Shown here piece by piece: positions 26,477 to 36,910 of a DNA stretch of 64,000 nt. The stretch is taken from the NCBI GenBank assembly GCA_039680575.1, contig JBDKSP010000095.1, forward strand, positions 1 through 64,000, read 5' to 3'. Each line of letters opens with the position of its first letter. Position 1 is the first letter of the stretch. The DNA is from Armatimonadota bacterium (GTDB lineage Bacteria; Armatimonadota; UBA5829; DTLH01). A model generated the notes under the pieces. That model was given only the letters and a program-made list of their open reading frames with translations. It was not told where the DNA came from and made no database searches. A program made the position numbers and the translations under genes.

Positions 26477-27247
26477 CTACTGTTTAGGCTGCTTTTCCCC
26501 GCGGCTGTTGCTCTGGAGTTCCCACATAATGGAGTAATGCACCAGCCTGAAGAAGACCGGCATTGCCGAAAAGACCAGCCCCGGCACACCGTGCAAGAAC
26601 CCACGCCACAAAATGTAACGTCTGAAAAAAAGGTTCGGAAGTCCTGCAAAGTGACGGAATCCGACACGTTTACCCTTAGTAAAATCGTCTTCAGCGCAGG
26701 CCCTGGCGTACCGAAGGTTCTTCTCATACCACTCTTTAAGCTCTGTGATATTGTAATGCTCAAGATAACCCTTAACAGAGCCGCTTTTACCGCTGTAAAC
26801 AAGCTTTGCGTGAGTCGATCTGTCGATAAACTTCACTCGGTCCCGGCGGAAGAGCCTTATCTCAGGCTTGGGATGCATGACCCCATATTCAGCCGGTCTA
26901 TCTCTGTAATAATTCCTCCTGAGTACCTTATAGACGTCACACTTGGGCTCTGTTTTGAGCAGAGACTGTATGTTTTTTGCAAGCTCAGGAGATACAGCTT
27001 CATCCGAATCGATAAAAATCGTCCAGAGGTTCGAGCATTTGTCCGCAGCAAGCTGCCTCTGCCTGTTCGAACCCGGCCACTCGTTATAGAAAAACTTATC
27101 AGTATACTCACGGCATATCTCTTCGGTCTTATCAGTGCTACCGGAGTCGACAACAACTATTTCATCCGCCCATTTGACCGATTCCAGGCACTCACGGATG
27201 CAATTCTCTTCATTCTTCGTAATGATAATAACCGAAAGCTTTTCTAT
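26477..27247 (-). CDS. GT2 LPS-core glycosyltransferase (WaaE/KdtX-like), 256 aa, probable ATA start
   Basis: The ORF track gives only the C-terminal 133 aa. The frame is open upstream: IEKLSVIIITKNEENCIRECLESVKWADEIVVVDSGSTDKT...IDSDE. ATA 27247 follows GGAGG. Confidence 0.88.
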   Translation of the reverse strand: MEKLSVIIITKNEENCIRECLESVKWADEIVVVDSGSTDKTEEICREYTDKFFYNEWPGSNRQRQLAADKCSNLWTIFIDSDEAVSPELAKNIQSLLKTEPKCDVYKVLRRNYYRDRPAEYGVMHPKPEIRLFRRDRVKFIDRSTHAKLVYSGKSGSVKGYLEHYNITELKEWYEKNLRYARACAEDDFTKGKRVGFRHFAGLPNLFFRRYILWRGFLHGVPGLVFSAMPVFFRLVHYSIMWELQSNSRGEKQPKQ

Positions 27248-28263
27248 TTTTCTTTCCTCCGTTGGGAGATGAGTTCAGATGCAGCATCGAATGCCCGCTC
27301 AACCGTAATAGCCTGAAGACACTTGAAATCGCCGCAGGTGGGCTTATGTCCACACGGGGCGCATGGCAGTTGCTCCCAGAGCACCTTCGACTTATCACAA
27401 TACGGCCCCGTTATCCTCGGATCAGTCGGCCCAAAGACCGCAACCACCGGGGTTCCGACTGAAACCGCGAGATGCATCGGTCCGGTATCGTTGCTGACTA
27501 CCGCGTCGCATCTTTCGAGGACCGCCGCGAGCTGCCCGATCTTCGTGCGCCCTGCGATGTCTATCGGCGGGTTCTTTGCCCTACGCATCACATCGTCTAC
27601 CGTTTCGCGTTCGGACTCCGACCCTACTATTAGCACATTTAGGCCATCCGAAGCAAGCCTGTCAGCAAGTGCCGCATATCGATCAGGAAACCACTGCTTC
27701 GCGGCAACACTCGATCCGGGACTGATGGCTACTGTCGGTCTGTCTTCCGATATTCCGACAGATTCAAGCAGATCTGCTGCAAAATCACGCTCCTTATCCG
27801 ATGTAAACATCTCCATTTTAGGATTTCGGACATCCGCGCCTATTGCTCGCGCGAGATCGAGATACCATTCCACCCTGTGACAGCCGGGTCTGCGTGAAAC
27901 GGGATGCGTCAAGAACTTGGTCAACCCAGGCTCATCGAAGCCGACTCTAGTAGTAGCACCCGCCCACTTTCCAAGCGCGGCCATTCTGACAGAACTGAAG
28001 GTAAACAGCACACTCTTATCGCATCCACCTGCACGTACCTTAGGAATCATCTTGATAATCGAGAGAGGTCCCCTTTTACGTGTCAAAACCTCATCAACGC
28101 ATGGATTATGCTTGAGGAGGTCTTCCATACCGGAAAGCACGACATTACGGATGCGTGCGCCAGGAAAACTTTCTTTCAGTGCTCGTATCGCTGGTGTCGT
28201 GAAAAGAATATCACCTATGTGGTTGAGATTGAGCAGAAGCAGGCTGCCATGATTGTTATGCAA
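27244..28263 (-). CDS. GT9 LPS heptosyltransferase (WaaF/WaaQ-like)
   Basis: HIGDILFTTPAIRALK, PGSSVAAKQW, VSNDTGPMHLA, FGPTDP, C-terminal Cys cluster. Confidence 0.92.
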   Translation of the reverse strand: MHNNHGSLLLLNLNHIGDILFTTPAIRALKESFPGARIRNVVLSGMEDLLKHNPCVDEVLTRKRGPLSIIKMIPKVRAGGCDKSVLFTFSSVRMAALGKWAGATTRVGFDEPGLTKFLTHPVSRRPGCHRVEWYLDLARAIGADVRNPKMEMFTSDKERDFAADLLESVGISEDRPTVAISPGSSVAAKQWFPDRYAALADRLASDGLNVLIVGSESERETVDDVMRRAKNPPIDIAGRTKIGQLAAVLERCDAVVSNDTGPMHLAVSVGTPVVAVFGPTDPRITGPYCDKSKVLWEQLPCAPCGHKPTCGDFKCLQAITVERAFDAASELISQRRKEK

Positions 28264-28265
28264 AA

Positions 28266-29405
28266 TCAGGCAACCTCTTTTCGTGTATTAGGCAGAAGTG
28301 CATTCCGCAAAACATCGCGATAGATGCGCAGATTGCCCTCGACCATCTGATCGACGCTGAATTCTGACTGTACCAACAGTCGTCCGTTCTCTCCGAACCG
28401 CTTCCCCAGGTCTCTATCACGGAATAGCTTAAGAACCGACTGCTTTATCGCCTCTTTATCCTCAGGCGAGATCAAAAACCCGGTTTCCCCATCTTTGACT
28501 ATCTCCGGTATACCGCCGACAGCCGATGCAACTATCGGAACACCGGCATGCGCAGCCTGTAACAGGGATACTCCAAGCCCTTCACGAAGAGCGGGATGCA
28601 CTACGGCATCCAGATTGGGAAGGATTCTGTCCATATCGTTCCTGAATCCCGCAAACTGTACTGCCTCCGATATTCCCAACTCCTGAACATTACTTTCCAG
28701 TTGAGACCGGAGCGGGCCTTTACCAAAGATCAGGAACCGTGCCTCAGGAAACTCCTTCAATATATCCGGTATGACTGAAAAGAGATATCTGTGGCCTTTT
28801 CGGTCAATAAGCTGGGCTATCACACCTGCTACCGGCGCATCCTGTGAGACACCGAATTCGGACCTAAACCACTCTCTATCCCTGTCATACTGAGGCCGGG
28901 TTGTCACGATAGCGCTGTGGACAAGCTCAAGCCGTTTTTCGTCGATGCCACAGTCACTGAGCACCTTCCTAATCCCATCAGAGATAGTTATGATCTTGTC
29001 CGGCAGCACATTATACTTAAAGCGACCGAAAGCGCCCAGGCTGATCCTGTCATCTACACGGCGGGACAGGACCACTGCGGGGACTCGCGCCATTCTTGCT
29101 GCCACTCCGCCCAAGACTTCCGCGCCCCTCCTGCTGTGCAGATGCACTACATCAGGCTTTACCTTCCGCACCGCACTGTAGACTCTCAGGACAAGCGATG
29201 GATCGCAGTCACACAATACACTCACAGGATGAACGGCTATGCCCGACCTGCGAGCTTCTGCCTCTATAGCGCTTCCTTTAGCACATACGAGATCGACACC
29301 ATGTCCTCTCTCAGCCAGACCGCGCATAAGATAGACGACCTGCAGAGCACCGCCGTACATATGTCTGCCGAACTCGATATGCAGTGTATTTATACGGCCT
29401 TTCAA
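28266..29405 (-). CDS. GT4-family glycosyltransferase
   Basis: YGGALQV, RKGHRYL, FAGFRND, EGLGVSLLQA, VGGIPEIV; TTG 29405 overlaps the upstream TGA. Confidence 0.9.
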   Translation of the reverse strand: MKGRINTLHIEFGRHMYGGALQVVYLMRGLAERGHGVDLVCAKGSAIEAEARRSGIAVHPVSVLCDCDPSLVLRVYSAVRKVKPDVVHLHSRRGAEVLGGVAARMARVPAVVLSRRVDDRISLGAFGRFKYNVLPDKIITISDGIRKVLSDCGIDEKRLELVHSAIVTTRPQYDRDREWFRSEFGVSQDAPVAGVIAQLIDRKGHRYLFSVIPDILKEFPEARFLIFGKGPLRSQLESNVQELGISEAVQFAGFRNDMDRILPNLDAVVHPALREGLGVSLLQAAHAGVPIVASAVGGIPEIVKDGETGFLISPEDKEAIKQSVLKLFRDRDLGKRFGENGRLLVQSEFSVDQMVEGNLRIYRDVLRNALLPNTRKEVA

Positions 29406-30460
29406 CTCTCTGCTCCCTCCAAACTGTGCGAATACAGTACTGATTGCGCTGCCGATAGTACATCCTCCGGTGTTACATCCGTTATACACTCAAAACGTTC
29501 GCATTTCGGCTTCTTATAGCACGGTACACAATCCATATCTTTTCTGACCACTGCGAAGTTATAACGATGAATATGGTTCTGCCATGCAGTTGTAGGACCG
29601 AATATCCCTACCGACGGCTTTCCGATCGCAACGCTGGTGTGAAGTAGTCCCGTATCGACCGCAACTATTAAAGAACATCTGTCCTGCACTGCCACAGCCT
29701 GTTTCAGCGTTGTACATCCAGCCAGATTGATCGCCGGAGCTTCCGTCTTAGCCAGGATCCTATCGATCAACTCACGGTCTTTTTTTACGCCGAGGAATAC
29801 ACCTCTCAAGCCCATCTCTTTCCACAAGGAGTCCGCGAGCTTCGACCATCCCTCTTCAGACCAGTGTTTGTTAGCCCTTGTAGTCGCCGGACAGAGGGCT
29901 ACCGCATGTTCTCCCACGCCCAATCCTGCTTCGAACGCTATCTCCGCTGCTGACTCACGTTCTTCATCACTGATAGCTATCCGCATATCCCCATCCCGGT
30001 CGTCCGGGACGATGCCCAGCGGCTCAAGAAGCTTCATATAGCAGGCCATACCGTGCCTGCATCGGCGCTTCGAAGTGGTTTTTGCGCATGCTACGGTCTC
30101 ATTATAGGCTACACCGCTGAACTCTCTGCTGTCTGCATAGCCTATCCGCCGCTTTGCTCCTGATGCCGCGGTCACCAGAGCGCTCCGCGCCAGCCCCTGG
30201 AAGTCAAGAGCCACATCAAACTTGCTTTTTCTCAGCACTTGCGCAAGTTTCAGAAAAGACGCAGGACCGCTTCTGTCAAAGGCAATCTTCTCATCTATAT
30301 CGGGGTTGCCGTCAAGAATACCTGCCGATTTAGGCTCGACTACCCAGGTAATCCTGGCACCCGGCATACGCCGCCTGAGCGCACGGACAGCAGCCGTAGT
30401 CATAACTACGTCCCCTATCGCACTCAGTCTGACGATCAATATTGATAAGTCGTTTGACAT
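29402..30460 (-). CDS. GT9 LPS heptosyltransferase (WaaC-like)
   Basis: IVRLSAIGDVV, ITWVVE, ALDFQGLARSA, VDTGLLH, IFGPT. Confidence 0.92.
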   Translation of the reverse strand: MSNDLSILIVRLSAIGDVVMTTAAVRALRRRMPGARITWVVEPKSAGILDGNPDIDEKIAFDRSGPASFLKLAQVLRKSKFDVALDFQGLARSALVTAASGAKRRIGYADSREFSGVAYNETVACAKTTSKRRCRHGMACYMKLLEPLGIVPDDRDGDMRIAISDEERESAAEIAFEAGLGVGEHAVALCPATTRANKHWSEEGWSKLADSLWKEMGLRGVFLGVKKDRELIDRILAKTEAPAINLAGCTTLKQAVAVQDRCSLIVAVDTGLLHTSVAIGKPSVGIFGPTTAWQNHIHRYNFAVVRKDMDCVPCYKKPKCERFECITDVTPEDVLSAAQSVLYSHSLEGAES

Positions 30461-30478
30461 AAAATTTCAACCGGTTAC

Positions 30479-31219
30479 CTACTCGAACTCTTTTGGTTCC
30501 ACGCCCGTATTCACAGCGATATTCTTTGTTTCTGTCGTTGCCGCCAGTTTACCTTCACTGTTGTATACCTCAGCCTTGGATGGGGACCAAATCCCGTTTA
30601 CCCTGATATGGTCAAAATACAGCGTCTTTACTTTGAGTGAGTCATCTCCAAGCATACGATCGCGTCTCAACAATTTACAATCCTTACCGTCGATCCAGAT
30701 CAGTTGATATTTGCTGCTCTTGGCTGTCTGCAGCTTCAAAACATAAACAGGCGAACCGTCTTCGTTCTTTTCCGTCCGAACCAGGCTGATTTTATATATT
30801 TTCCAGATAGCATCGGATACTACGCCCACATCCAGCGGGCTCATTCGTTTCTCCTGCTCCTTCGATATATCTTCCTGCTTCTTGTACCTCATCGACGGTA
30901 TTCGGATGTGTCTGGTATTTCCCGCTGTGATGAATTCGACCTTCACCATACCGAGTGCGCCGTTTATTTTAAGGTTGTCAGGAGTCATAAATACGACTTT
31001 TGCACTCTTGAACTCATAAAGTTCCGCGAAGACCTTACCCATTTTCTTGAGTTCATGCTTGTTTGAATTAACAACGACCAGATTGCATCTCATGTCTTTC
31101 AGACTACCGGCAGCATCTTGAACACGAGACTTAAGACTCTCCAGCTCATCTGCTGCAAAAAGTGTGGATGAAATTGTTATTAAGGCTATAATTGCCGCGA
31201 ATCCGAATAACTTTTTCAA
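30479..31219 (-). CDS. LolA-like outer-membrane lipoprotein-sorting protein
   Basis: Signal peptide (LKKLFGFAAIIALITISSTLFA), YVLKL..IWID..., NIAVNTGVEPKEF; TTG 31219 overlaps the lpxL TGA. Confidence 0.7.
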   Translation of the reverse strand: MKKLFGFAAIIALITISSTLFAADELESLKSRVQDAAGSLKDMRCNLVVVNSNKHELKKMGKVFAELYEFKSAKVVFMTPDNLKINGALGMVKVEFITAGNTRHIRIPSMRYKKQEDISKEQEKRMSPLDVGVVSDAIWKIYKISLVRTEKNEDGSPVYVLKLQTAKSSKYQLIWIDGKDCKLLRRDRMLGDDSLKVKTLYFDHIRVNGIWSPSKAEVYNSEGKLAATTETKNIAVNTGVEPKEFE

Positions 31220-32145
31220 CTGCTTGTCTCCATTGATTCTTTGGCTGCTTCCGATGCTCGTCTCCATCTGTCATGGAGCCACAACCACTGAGACGGATCT
31301 TTTCTTATCTCGTCTTCTATTGCCGTGGTCAGTGCCTGTGTCAGCCTGTGAATATCTTCTTTTTCATTACCCGTGGGCGGTACATCTAAAGGCGGATACA
31401 CCTTTGCTTTAAACCGGCCTTCTTCATTCCTGCGGGCAAACCCACAGACAACCGGAGCGCCGGTTCTGAGCGCAAATACAGCCGGACCCGTTGCCGTAGC
31501 GCAGGGCTTGCCGAAAAAGTCGACAAATATACCGGTGAACGTATTCTGGTCCGGCAGTATTCCTAAAACCTCATTTCTCTTAAGAGACCTGACCGCCGGA
31601 AGTGCGGAATTGTTCTTGTCCAGCACGTGGTATCCGGCTGTCTCCCGCATCTTGTTGGCAACACCCGTCATCGCCGGGTCGTCGCTGTTTCGGGCTATCA
31701 CGCTCACTTTATAACCGGATAGAACCAGTTTTCTGGCAAATATCTCCCAGTTGCCCAGGTGAGCCGTTATAAGAATAACACCATGACCCTTGGCCAGAGC
31801 TTCATCCAGATATTCTCTTCCTTCAAGATCTATCCAACTGTCGAGTTCCTCAGGCGGCAGGTGCAGGATATGCAGAAACTCCAGCGCCCCTTTTGCAAAA
31901 TGCCTGCAGGTGTTTCTGGCGGTCGCGCGGACCTTTTTCTCGTCCCATTCAGGATATGCCGCCGTGAGGTTTTTTATGGCTACCCGCCGGTACCTTCGGG
32001 ACATAAGAAACATAAAATCTCCCAGTCTTTTGCCCCACCTGCTGATATTCGATTTGTTCAACTTGCTCGACAAACGCAGGAGTACCCATACCGCTGTCCT
32101 CCCGCCTAGTAATTCCAGTCTTTTACTCAGCTTTCGGTGTTTCAT
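31216..32145 (-). CDS. lpxL: Lipid A late acyltransferase (LpxL/HtrB family)
   Basis: TAHLGNWE, ILPDQN, VDFFG, PSQWLWLHDRW. Confidence 0.9.
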   Translation of the reverse strand: MKHRKLSKRLELLGGRTAVWVLLRLSSKLNKSNISRWGKRLGDFMFLMSRRYRRVAIKNLTAAYPEWDEKKVRATARNTCRHFAKGALEFLHILHLPPEELDSWIDLEGREYLDEALAKGHGVILITAHLGNWEIFARKLVLSGYKVSVIARNSDDPAMTGVANKMRETAGYHVLDKNNSALPAVRSLKRNEVLGILPDQNTFTGIFVDFFGKPCATATGPAVFALRTGAPVVCGFARRNEEGRFKAKVYPPLDVPPTGNEKEDIHRLTQALTTAIEDEIRKDPSQWLWLHDRWRRASEAAKESMETSS

Positions 32146-34493
32146 AAACCAACCACCATATCCAAAAGCCGGTCCATATTATCTATCATAAGCTCAATGT
32201 CCAACACATACATGTTTTCTAGACGCAGTTTTACAGCATCTTTTGCCGTTGTTACTATAGCTTGTGCCCCACTTGTCTCAAATGCCCGCTGAACAGCATC
32301 CACTTGCTCTTTGGAATACGAACAATGGTCCCCGAAGGTCATTCTTTTCTTTATATCCGCGCCGCACTCGTTGAGGAGAATATCAAATGATTCAGGGCTT
32401 GCTATACCGGACACCGCTACTATCGCCATCCCCTGAATCTTCGAAACGGGAAGCCGCTCACCCGTTTTACAGTCGATCAAGGCGCTCGGAGCTTTACCCG
32501 CTGTGAATATTTCGGCGTCAGGTGCTTGGTATGCCAACTCGGACTTAAGACCGGCTGAGCGGTCGGTATCAACCAGTTCCTTGCCCGTGATCATAACCGC
32601 GTTGGCTCGTTTGATCCCGCTTACCGGCTCACGGAGGTCGCCGGCGGGTAATAACATGCCCATTCCAAACGGTTTGTCCGCGCGCACAAGTGTTATCTCG
32701 ACATCCCGGTGAAGCTGCCAGTACTGCATTCCGTCATCTAGCACTATCACATCCGGGCTGAACCTCTCGATAAGAGCCAGTCCCATCTTTCGCCTGTCTT
32801 TTCCTATAGCAACCGGGACACCGGGAAGCGCATCAGCAAGAAGCGCGGGCTCATCCCCACACTCGGCTGCATCCAGATACCGCATATCACCGTTCGAAAC
32901 AAGCGCACCCACTTTGCAAAGGCTTCCACCGTGTCCCCTGCTGAGTATCGCAGGCTTCAGCCCACGTCGTATCAAACCTTCACATATCGCTCGGACCGCT
33001 GGGGATTTCCCAGTCCCCCCGAATGTCAGGTTCCCAACGCTTACGACGCGGCATGGCAGTCTGTAGCGCTCACGATAACCGAGCTTGTAAGGCAACAGAT
33101 ACACCCATAACCCGAAGCCATATAACCACGAAAACGGCAAAAGCAGGATACTGGGGGACAGTACGTGTTCAGATGCTCCGCGATCCTTCTGTTCCCTGTT
33201 CCCTGTTCCCTGTTTACTCGCCTCGACTATCCTCTCCGCGTATCTCCTTGACGCACCTCTGTTTGCACTCATCATCTCAAGAGCAAATTTTCGTATATCA
33301 TCCAGTGCAGGAGCGTGTAATTGCAGATTCTTTATGTGTTTCGCAATCTCTTCTGCATCCTTGACTTCAAAACCAACTCCAGCATCCACAGCCTGTCTGA
33401 CCAGATCGCGCGCCTTAAACGTGTAAGGCCCGAAAAGGACCGGCTTCCCCTGCGCTATCGGCTGGAGGATATTATGGCCGCCTTTCGGGATCAGGCTTCC
33501 CCCGACGAACGCCACATCACCAACCGCATAGACTGCGGCAAGCTCACCGAAGGTATCGAGGATGATAACGTCCTCTTTTCCTGATATACTCTCTGGACGG
33601 CTTCTTCTTCCACAGGATAGACCTCTGGCATTCGCCATTTCAGCTATTTCATCGGCGCGTTCTATCTGCCTTGGGGCGAGTATCATTCTGAGATCGGGAA
33701 TAGACTGCCGCGCTAGCTTGAATGCATCCAGCACTGGCTCATCTTCGCCTGGATTGATGCTTCCGGCGATAAATACTCTCTGGCCTTTTACTAGGCCAAA
33801 GCGCATTCTTATCTCTTCGATCTCCGGCTCAGAAAGCGGGTCTGACTCTTGATCGAACTTGCAGTTACCGACGACCTCTACCCGTTTTTTTGAAGCGCCA
33901 AGTGCGATTATCCGCTCTGCATCGGCATCCGTCTGCATGAGCATCTTTTGCACGTTGGAAAGAGCCCACTGATAGAGCGGCTTTATCATTCTACCTGTTC
34001 TTACAGTGCGGTCGGAGACAATTCCGTTCACTATCAGCGTTCGAACACCGATTCTTCTGGCCAAATTGAGGAAATTCGGCCAGATCTCGCTTTCGATGCT
34101 TACAAAAACATCCGGATCGACTACATCCAGCGACTTTAGCACGAAAAATGGGATATCCAGCGGGAAATATATGATATTATCCGCCTCAGGAAGTGATTTC
34201 CTGGCCATCTCCTGGCCTGTACTCGTCGTGGTGGAAACTATAATCTCCGCATCAGGAGAAATAGCCTTTATCTCGCGGAGTATCGGCGCGCTTGCGACTA
34301 CTTCACCGACCGATACGGCTTGAATCCAGATACGCGGCCGTTTTATTGATCTTCTGCATACACTTTCGGGGAGCATGCCCATCTGCTGCCGCCACGCTTT
34401 ACGGGATTTCCCTGATCCAAAGACTCTCCAGATATAATATGCAGCTAGAATCGGGCTGAACAAAAGGAGCAGGAGGTTATAGACAATCAGCAT
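32142..34493 (-). CDS. waaA-lpxK: Fused Kdo transferase WaaA / tetraacyldisaccharide 4'-kinase LpxK
   Basis: WIQAVSVGE, ESEIWPN, DTFGEL, GGHNILQP (WaaA), then SVGNLTFGGTGKSP, LSRGHG, GDEP, LDDGMQ, LPAGDLREP, TTAKDAVK (LpxK); ATG 34493. Confidence 0.93.
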   Translation of the reverse strand: MLIVYNLLLLLFSPILAAYYIWRVFGSGKSRKAWRQQMGMLPESVCRRSIKRPRIWIQAVSVGEVVASAPILREIKAISPDAEIIVSTTTSTGQEMARKSLPEADNIIYFPLDIPFFVLKSLDVVDPDVFVSIESEIWPNFLNLARRIGVRTLIVNGIVSDRTVRTGRMIKPLYQWALSNVQKMLMQTDADAERIIALGASKKRVEVVGNCKFDQESDPLSEPEIEEIRMRFGLVKGQRVFIAGSINPGEDEPVLDAFKLARQSIPDLRMILAPRQIERADEIAEMANARGLSCGRRSRPESISGKEDVIILDTFGELAAVYAVGDVAFVGGSLIPKGGHNILQPIAQGKPVLFGPYTFKARDLVRQAVDAGVGFEVKDAEEIAKHIKNLQLHAPALDDIRKFALEMMSANRGASRRYAERIVEASKQGTGNREQKDRGASEHVLSPSILLLPFSWLYGFGLWVYLLPYKLGYRERYRLPCRVVSVGNLTFGGTGKSPAVRAICEGLIRRGLKPAILSRGHGGSLCKVGALVSNGDMRYLDAAECGDEPALLADALPGVPVAIGKDRRKMGLALIERFSPDVIVLDDGMQYWQLHRDVEITLVRADKPFGMGMLLPAGDLREPVSGIKRANAVMITGKELVDTDRSAGLKSELAYQAPDAEIFTAGKAPSALIDCKTGERLPVSKIQGMAIVAVSGIASPESFDILLNECGADIKKRMTFGDHCSYSKEQVDAVQRAFETSGAQAIVTTAKDAVKLRLENMYVLDIELMIDNMDRLLDMVVGL
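33189..33216. repeat. Heptamer tandem repeat CTGTTCC x3 (+1 partial) inside the WaaA-LpxK linker
   Basis: 33189-33209 exact; encodes KQGTGNREQ. Confidence 0.8.
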
Positions 34494-35172
34494 CCTGCTT
34501 TCCCTTTCCAAACAGTTCCACAGCGGCTTTTTCATCGGCCGCGCTTATTGCTTTTCCTATCACTTCGGACCATTTCGCCCGGTCTTCATCCGTCTCGCAG
34601 GCCTCGACATGCACCAGCTCACCGAATACAACAACAGCTTTCGAAAATGGCTTCGGAACCTCGTGCTTATCCCATGAATTAAAACGCCACACGCGGGAGC
34701 ATGCAATACCGACGGGTAGAATTCCGCAGCCTGACCTCTCAGCCATCATTACTATCCCTTGCTGCACTACTTTTGCCGGACCGCGAGGTCCGTCCGGCGT
34801 AAGCGTTATGATCCCGCCGTCCTTTATGCGTTTCACTGATTCGAGCAGCGCCTTTGCGCCATGCGCACGGCTGGAACCGTGGATTATGTTATAACCACGG
34901 GACTGAAGAAGTCTTGCCTGAAGCTCTCCATCGCGAGATACGGATACAATCGCCCAAAGCCCCTTGTGACGGCAGTAGTATATTGGTAGTATAGTCGTCC
35001 CGTGCCATGTGCCCAGTATGCCGCCTTGTCCGGAGCCGAGCATTTCTTCAAGCCGTTCGAGTCCAACGGACCTGATCCTCACCGTACAGGCGATCCCCGT
35101 AGAAACAAGCCACAGCAGCCGCCAGATTATCTCAGCTCTGAGTTTTTTCCAGATGTCCTTCACTGGAAGCAA
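34477..35172 (-). CDS. DUF374 lysophospholipid acyltransferase (LpxJ-like)
   Basis: TWHG, VSVSRDGE, HGSS, TPDGPRGP, NSWDKHEVPKPFS. Confidence 0.88.
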   Translation of the reverse strand: MLPVKDIWKKLRAEIIWRLLWLVSTGIACTVRIRSVGLERLEEMLGSGQGGILGTWHGTTILPIYYCRHKGLWAIVSVSRDGELQARLLQSRGYNIIHGSSRAHGAKALLESVKRIKDGGIITLTPDGPRGPAKVVQQGIVMMAERSGCGILPVGIACSRVWRFNSWDKHEVPKPFSKAVVVFGELVHVEACETDEDRAKWSEVIGKAISAADEKAAVELFGKGKQDADCL

Positions 35173-36901
35173 CTACCTCTTCTTTTTCTAAATCGAACTG
35201 TGTATGGTACAACCCGGCGAAAACGCCTCCCTGCTGCATCAGTTCATCAAAACTCCCCTGTTCGACTATTTTGCCGTCTCCGAGGACGATAATAGAATCA
35301 GCCTGCTTTATGGTAGATAGCCTGTGGGCAATAACAAGCGTCGTCCGCCCGACCATTAGCTTATCGAGTGCTTCCTGTACCAATCGCTCGGAAGTCGCAT
35401 CGAGAGAGCTTGTAGCTTCATCGAGTATAAGTATGCGAGGGTCCTTAAGGATTGCTCTTGCTATGGCAATCCTCTGTCTTTCACCACCCGAAAGCCTTGC
35501 TCCCCGTTCGCCAAGCACAGTCTTGTAGCCGTCATCGAACTGTGTAATGAACATATGAGCATTTGCTGCACGAGCGGCCTGCTCTACTTCATCATCATTT
35601 GCATCCGGCCTTCCATAAGCTATGTTGTCCCGGATTGTCCCGCTGAACAGGATCGTCTCCTGCGGAACTATACCGATATGCCTTCTAAGAGACTCCATAG
35701 TCACAGAACGGACGTCATGCCCATCGACCATCACTGCTCCGCCTGAAACCTCGTAGAACCTTGGGATCAGGTTCGCAACAGTGGATTTTCCGGCACCGCT
35801 TGGTCCAACTACGGCGACTGCCTTACCCGGCTCCATCGCAAATGAAAGATTCCTCAGAACCTGCTCGCCGGTCTGGTAAGAGAATGCGACATCATTAAAC
35901 TCGACACGGCCAACTATATCACCAAGGTCAGCGGCGACGGATGAATCCGTAATATCCGGTGCTTCACCCAATACTTCGAATATACGCTCAATACCAGCCA
36001 TTGTCTGGTGATATGTTACATTCAATCTACCGATCTTTTTTGCTGAACTGGCGACATAGATCGCCAGCCCACCGAATTCGAACAACCCACCGACGGTCAT
36101 TCGGTGCTGTGCTGTTAAGTACCCACCAACCAGAAGTATTACAACAACTGCAAGAGAACCAAAAAACTCAGTTACTGGAGTAACTGCAGCGTTGCGGCGC
36201 GCACCCTTTAGGGCAGCCTTGAGGCTCGCATCGTTCTGTTCTTTAAAACGCTCAATTTCCTGCTTTTCCATACCGAAAGATTTTACAATCCTGATACCGG
36301 CCATTGTTTCTTCCAGTACGGCAGTCACATCCGCGAGCTTCAGTTGGAGCATCATTGTCAGTTTTCGCATCTTCCGAGTAATCTTGCTGATTAATAAGCC
36401 CATTAATGGCACGAAAACGACACCCACCAGCGCCAGAATCCAGTTTATTGAAAACATCCTGGCAATTCCGCCGATTACCAGTAATGGAGCGTTTATGGCA
36501 TCTGTCGCGGCTCCTGAGCCGTTTTGGATCAGTCCTACATCGTTTGTCATCCTCGACATAAGGTGTCCAATCCTGTTTCTCTCGAAGAAGCTGAGCGACA
36601 TTGCCTGCAAGTGGGAATACATTTTATTGCGTATATCAACGGCAATGCGGTTTGTAGCAAGCGCGATCAGGTAAAACTGCCAGTATCCTGCAATCCCTTT
36701 CGGAAACTGAAGTCCGACAAAAAACACAGCAACCATTGTGATGGTGTTCCAGTCGCCCTTACCTGCGGCATCCGTAAACAATCGCAACAGATACATAGTC
36801 ACTATATCGCTGCCGGTTGCTATTCCACCAAGTAGCGCTCCCCAAAGAAAACACCATTTGTGTTCCAGCAAATATTCTAACAGTCGTTTCCGATTATCCA
36901 A
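35132..36901 (-). CDS. msbA: Lipid A flippase MsbA-like ABC transporter
   Basis: TMD plus NBD; GHLMSRMTND, GPSGAGKS, LSGGERQR, ILDEATS, IAHRLST; lpx context. Confidence 0.9.
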   Translation of the reverse strand: MDNRKRLLEYLLEHKWCFLWGALLGGIATGSDIVTMYLLRLFTDAAGKGDWNTITMVAVFFVGLQFPKGIAGYWQFYLIALATNRIAVDIRNKMYSHLQAMSLSFFERNRIGHLMSRMTNDVGLIQNGSGAATDAINAPLLVIGGIARMFSINWILALVGVVFVPLMGLLISKITRKMRKLTMMLQLKLADVTAVLEETMAGIRIVKSFGMEKQEIERFKEQNDASLKAALKGARRNAAVTPVTEFFGSLAVVVILLVGGYLTAQHRMTVGGLFEFGGLAIYVASSAKKIGRLNVTYHQTMAGIERIFEVLGEAPDITDSSVAADLGDIVGRVEFNDVAFSYQTGEQVLRNLSFAMEPGKAVAVVGPSGAGKSTVANLIPRFYEVSGGAVMVDGHDVRSVTMESLRRHIGIVPQETILFSGTIRDNIAYGRPDANDDEVEQAARAANAHMFITQFDDGYKTVLGERGARLSGGERQRIAIARAILKDPRILILDEATSSLDATSERLVQEALDKLMVGRTTLVIAHRLSTIKQADSIIVLGDGKIVEQGSFDELMQQGGVFAGLYHTQFDLEKEEVVASSEGHLEKTQS

Positions 36902-36910
36902 TGTTGCTTC

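Noticed and set aside
26477..27247. Frameshifted or truncated GT2 pseudogene
   Set aside because: The frame is continuous over 256 codons; only the start codon is unusual.
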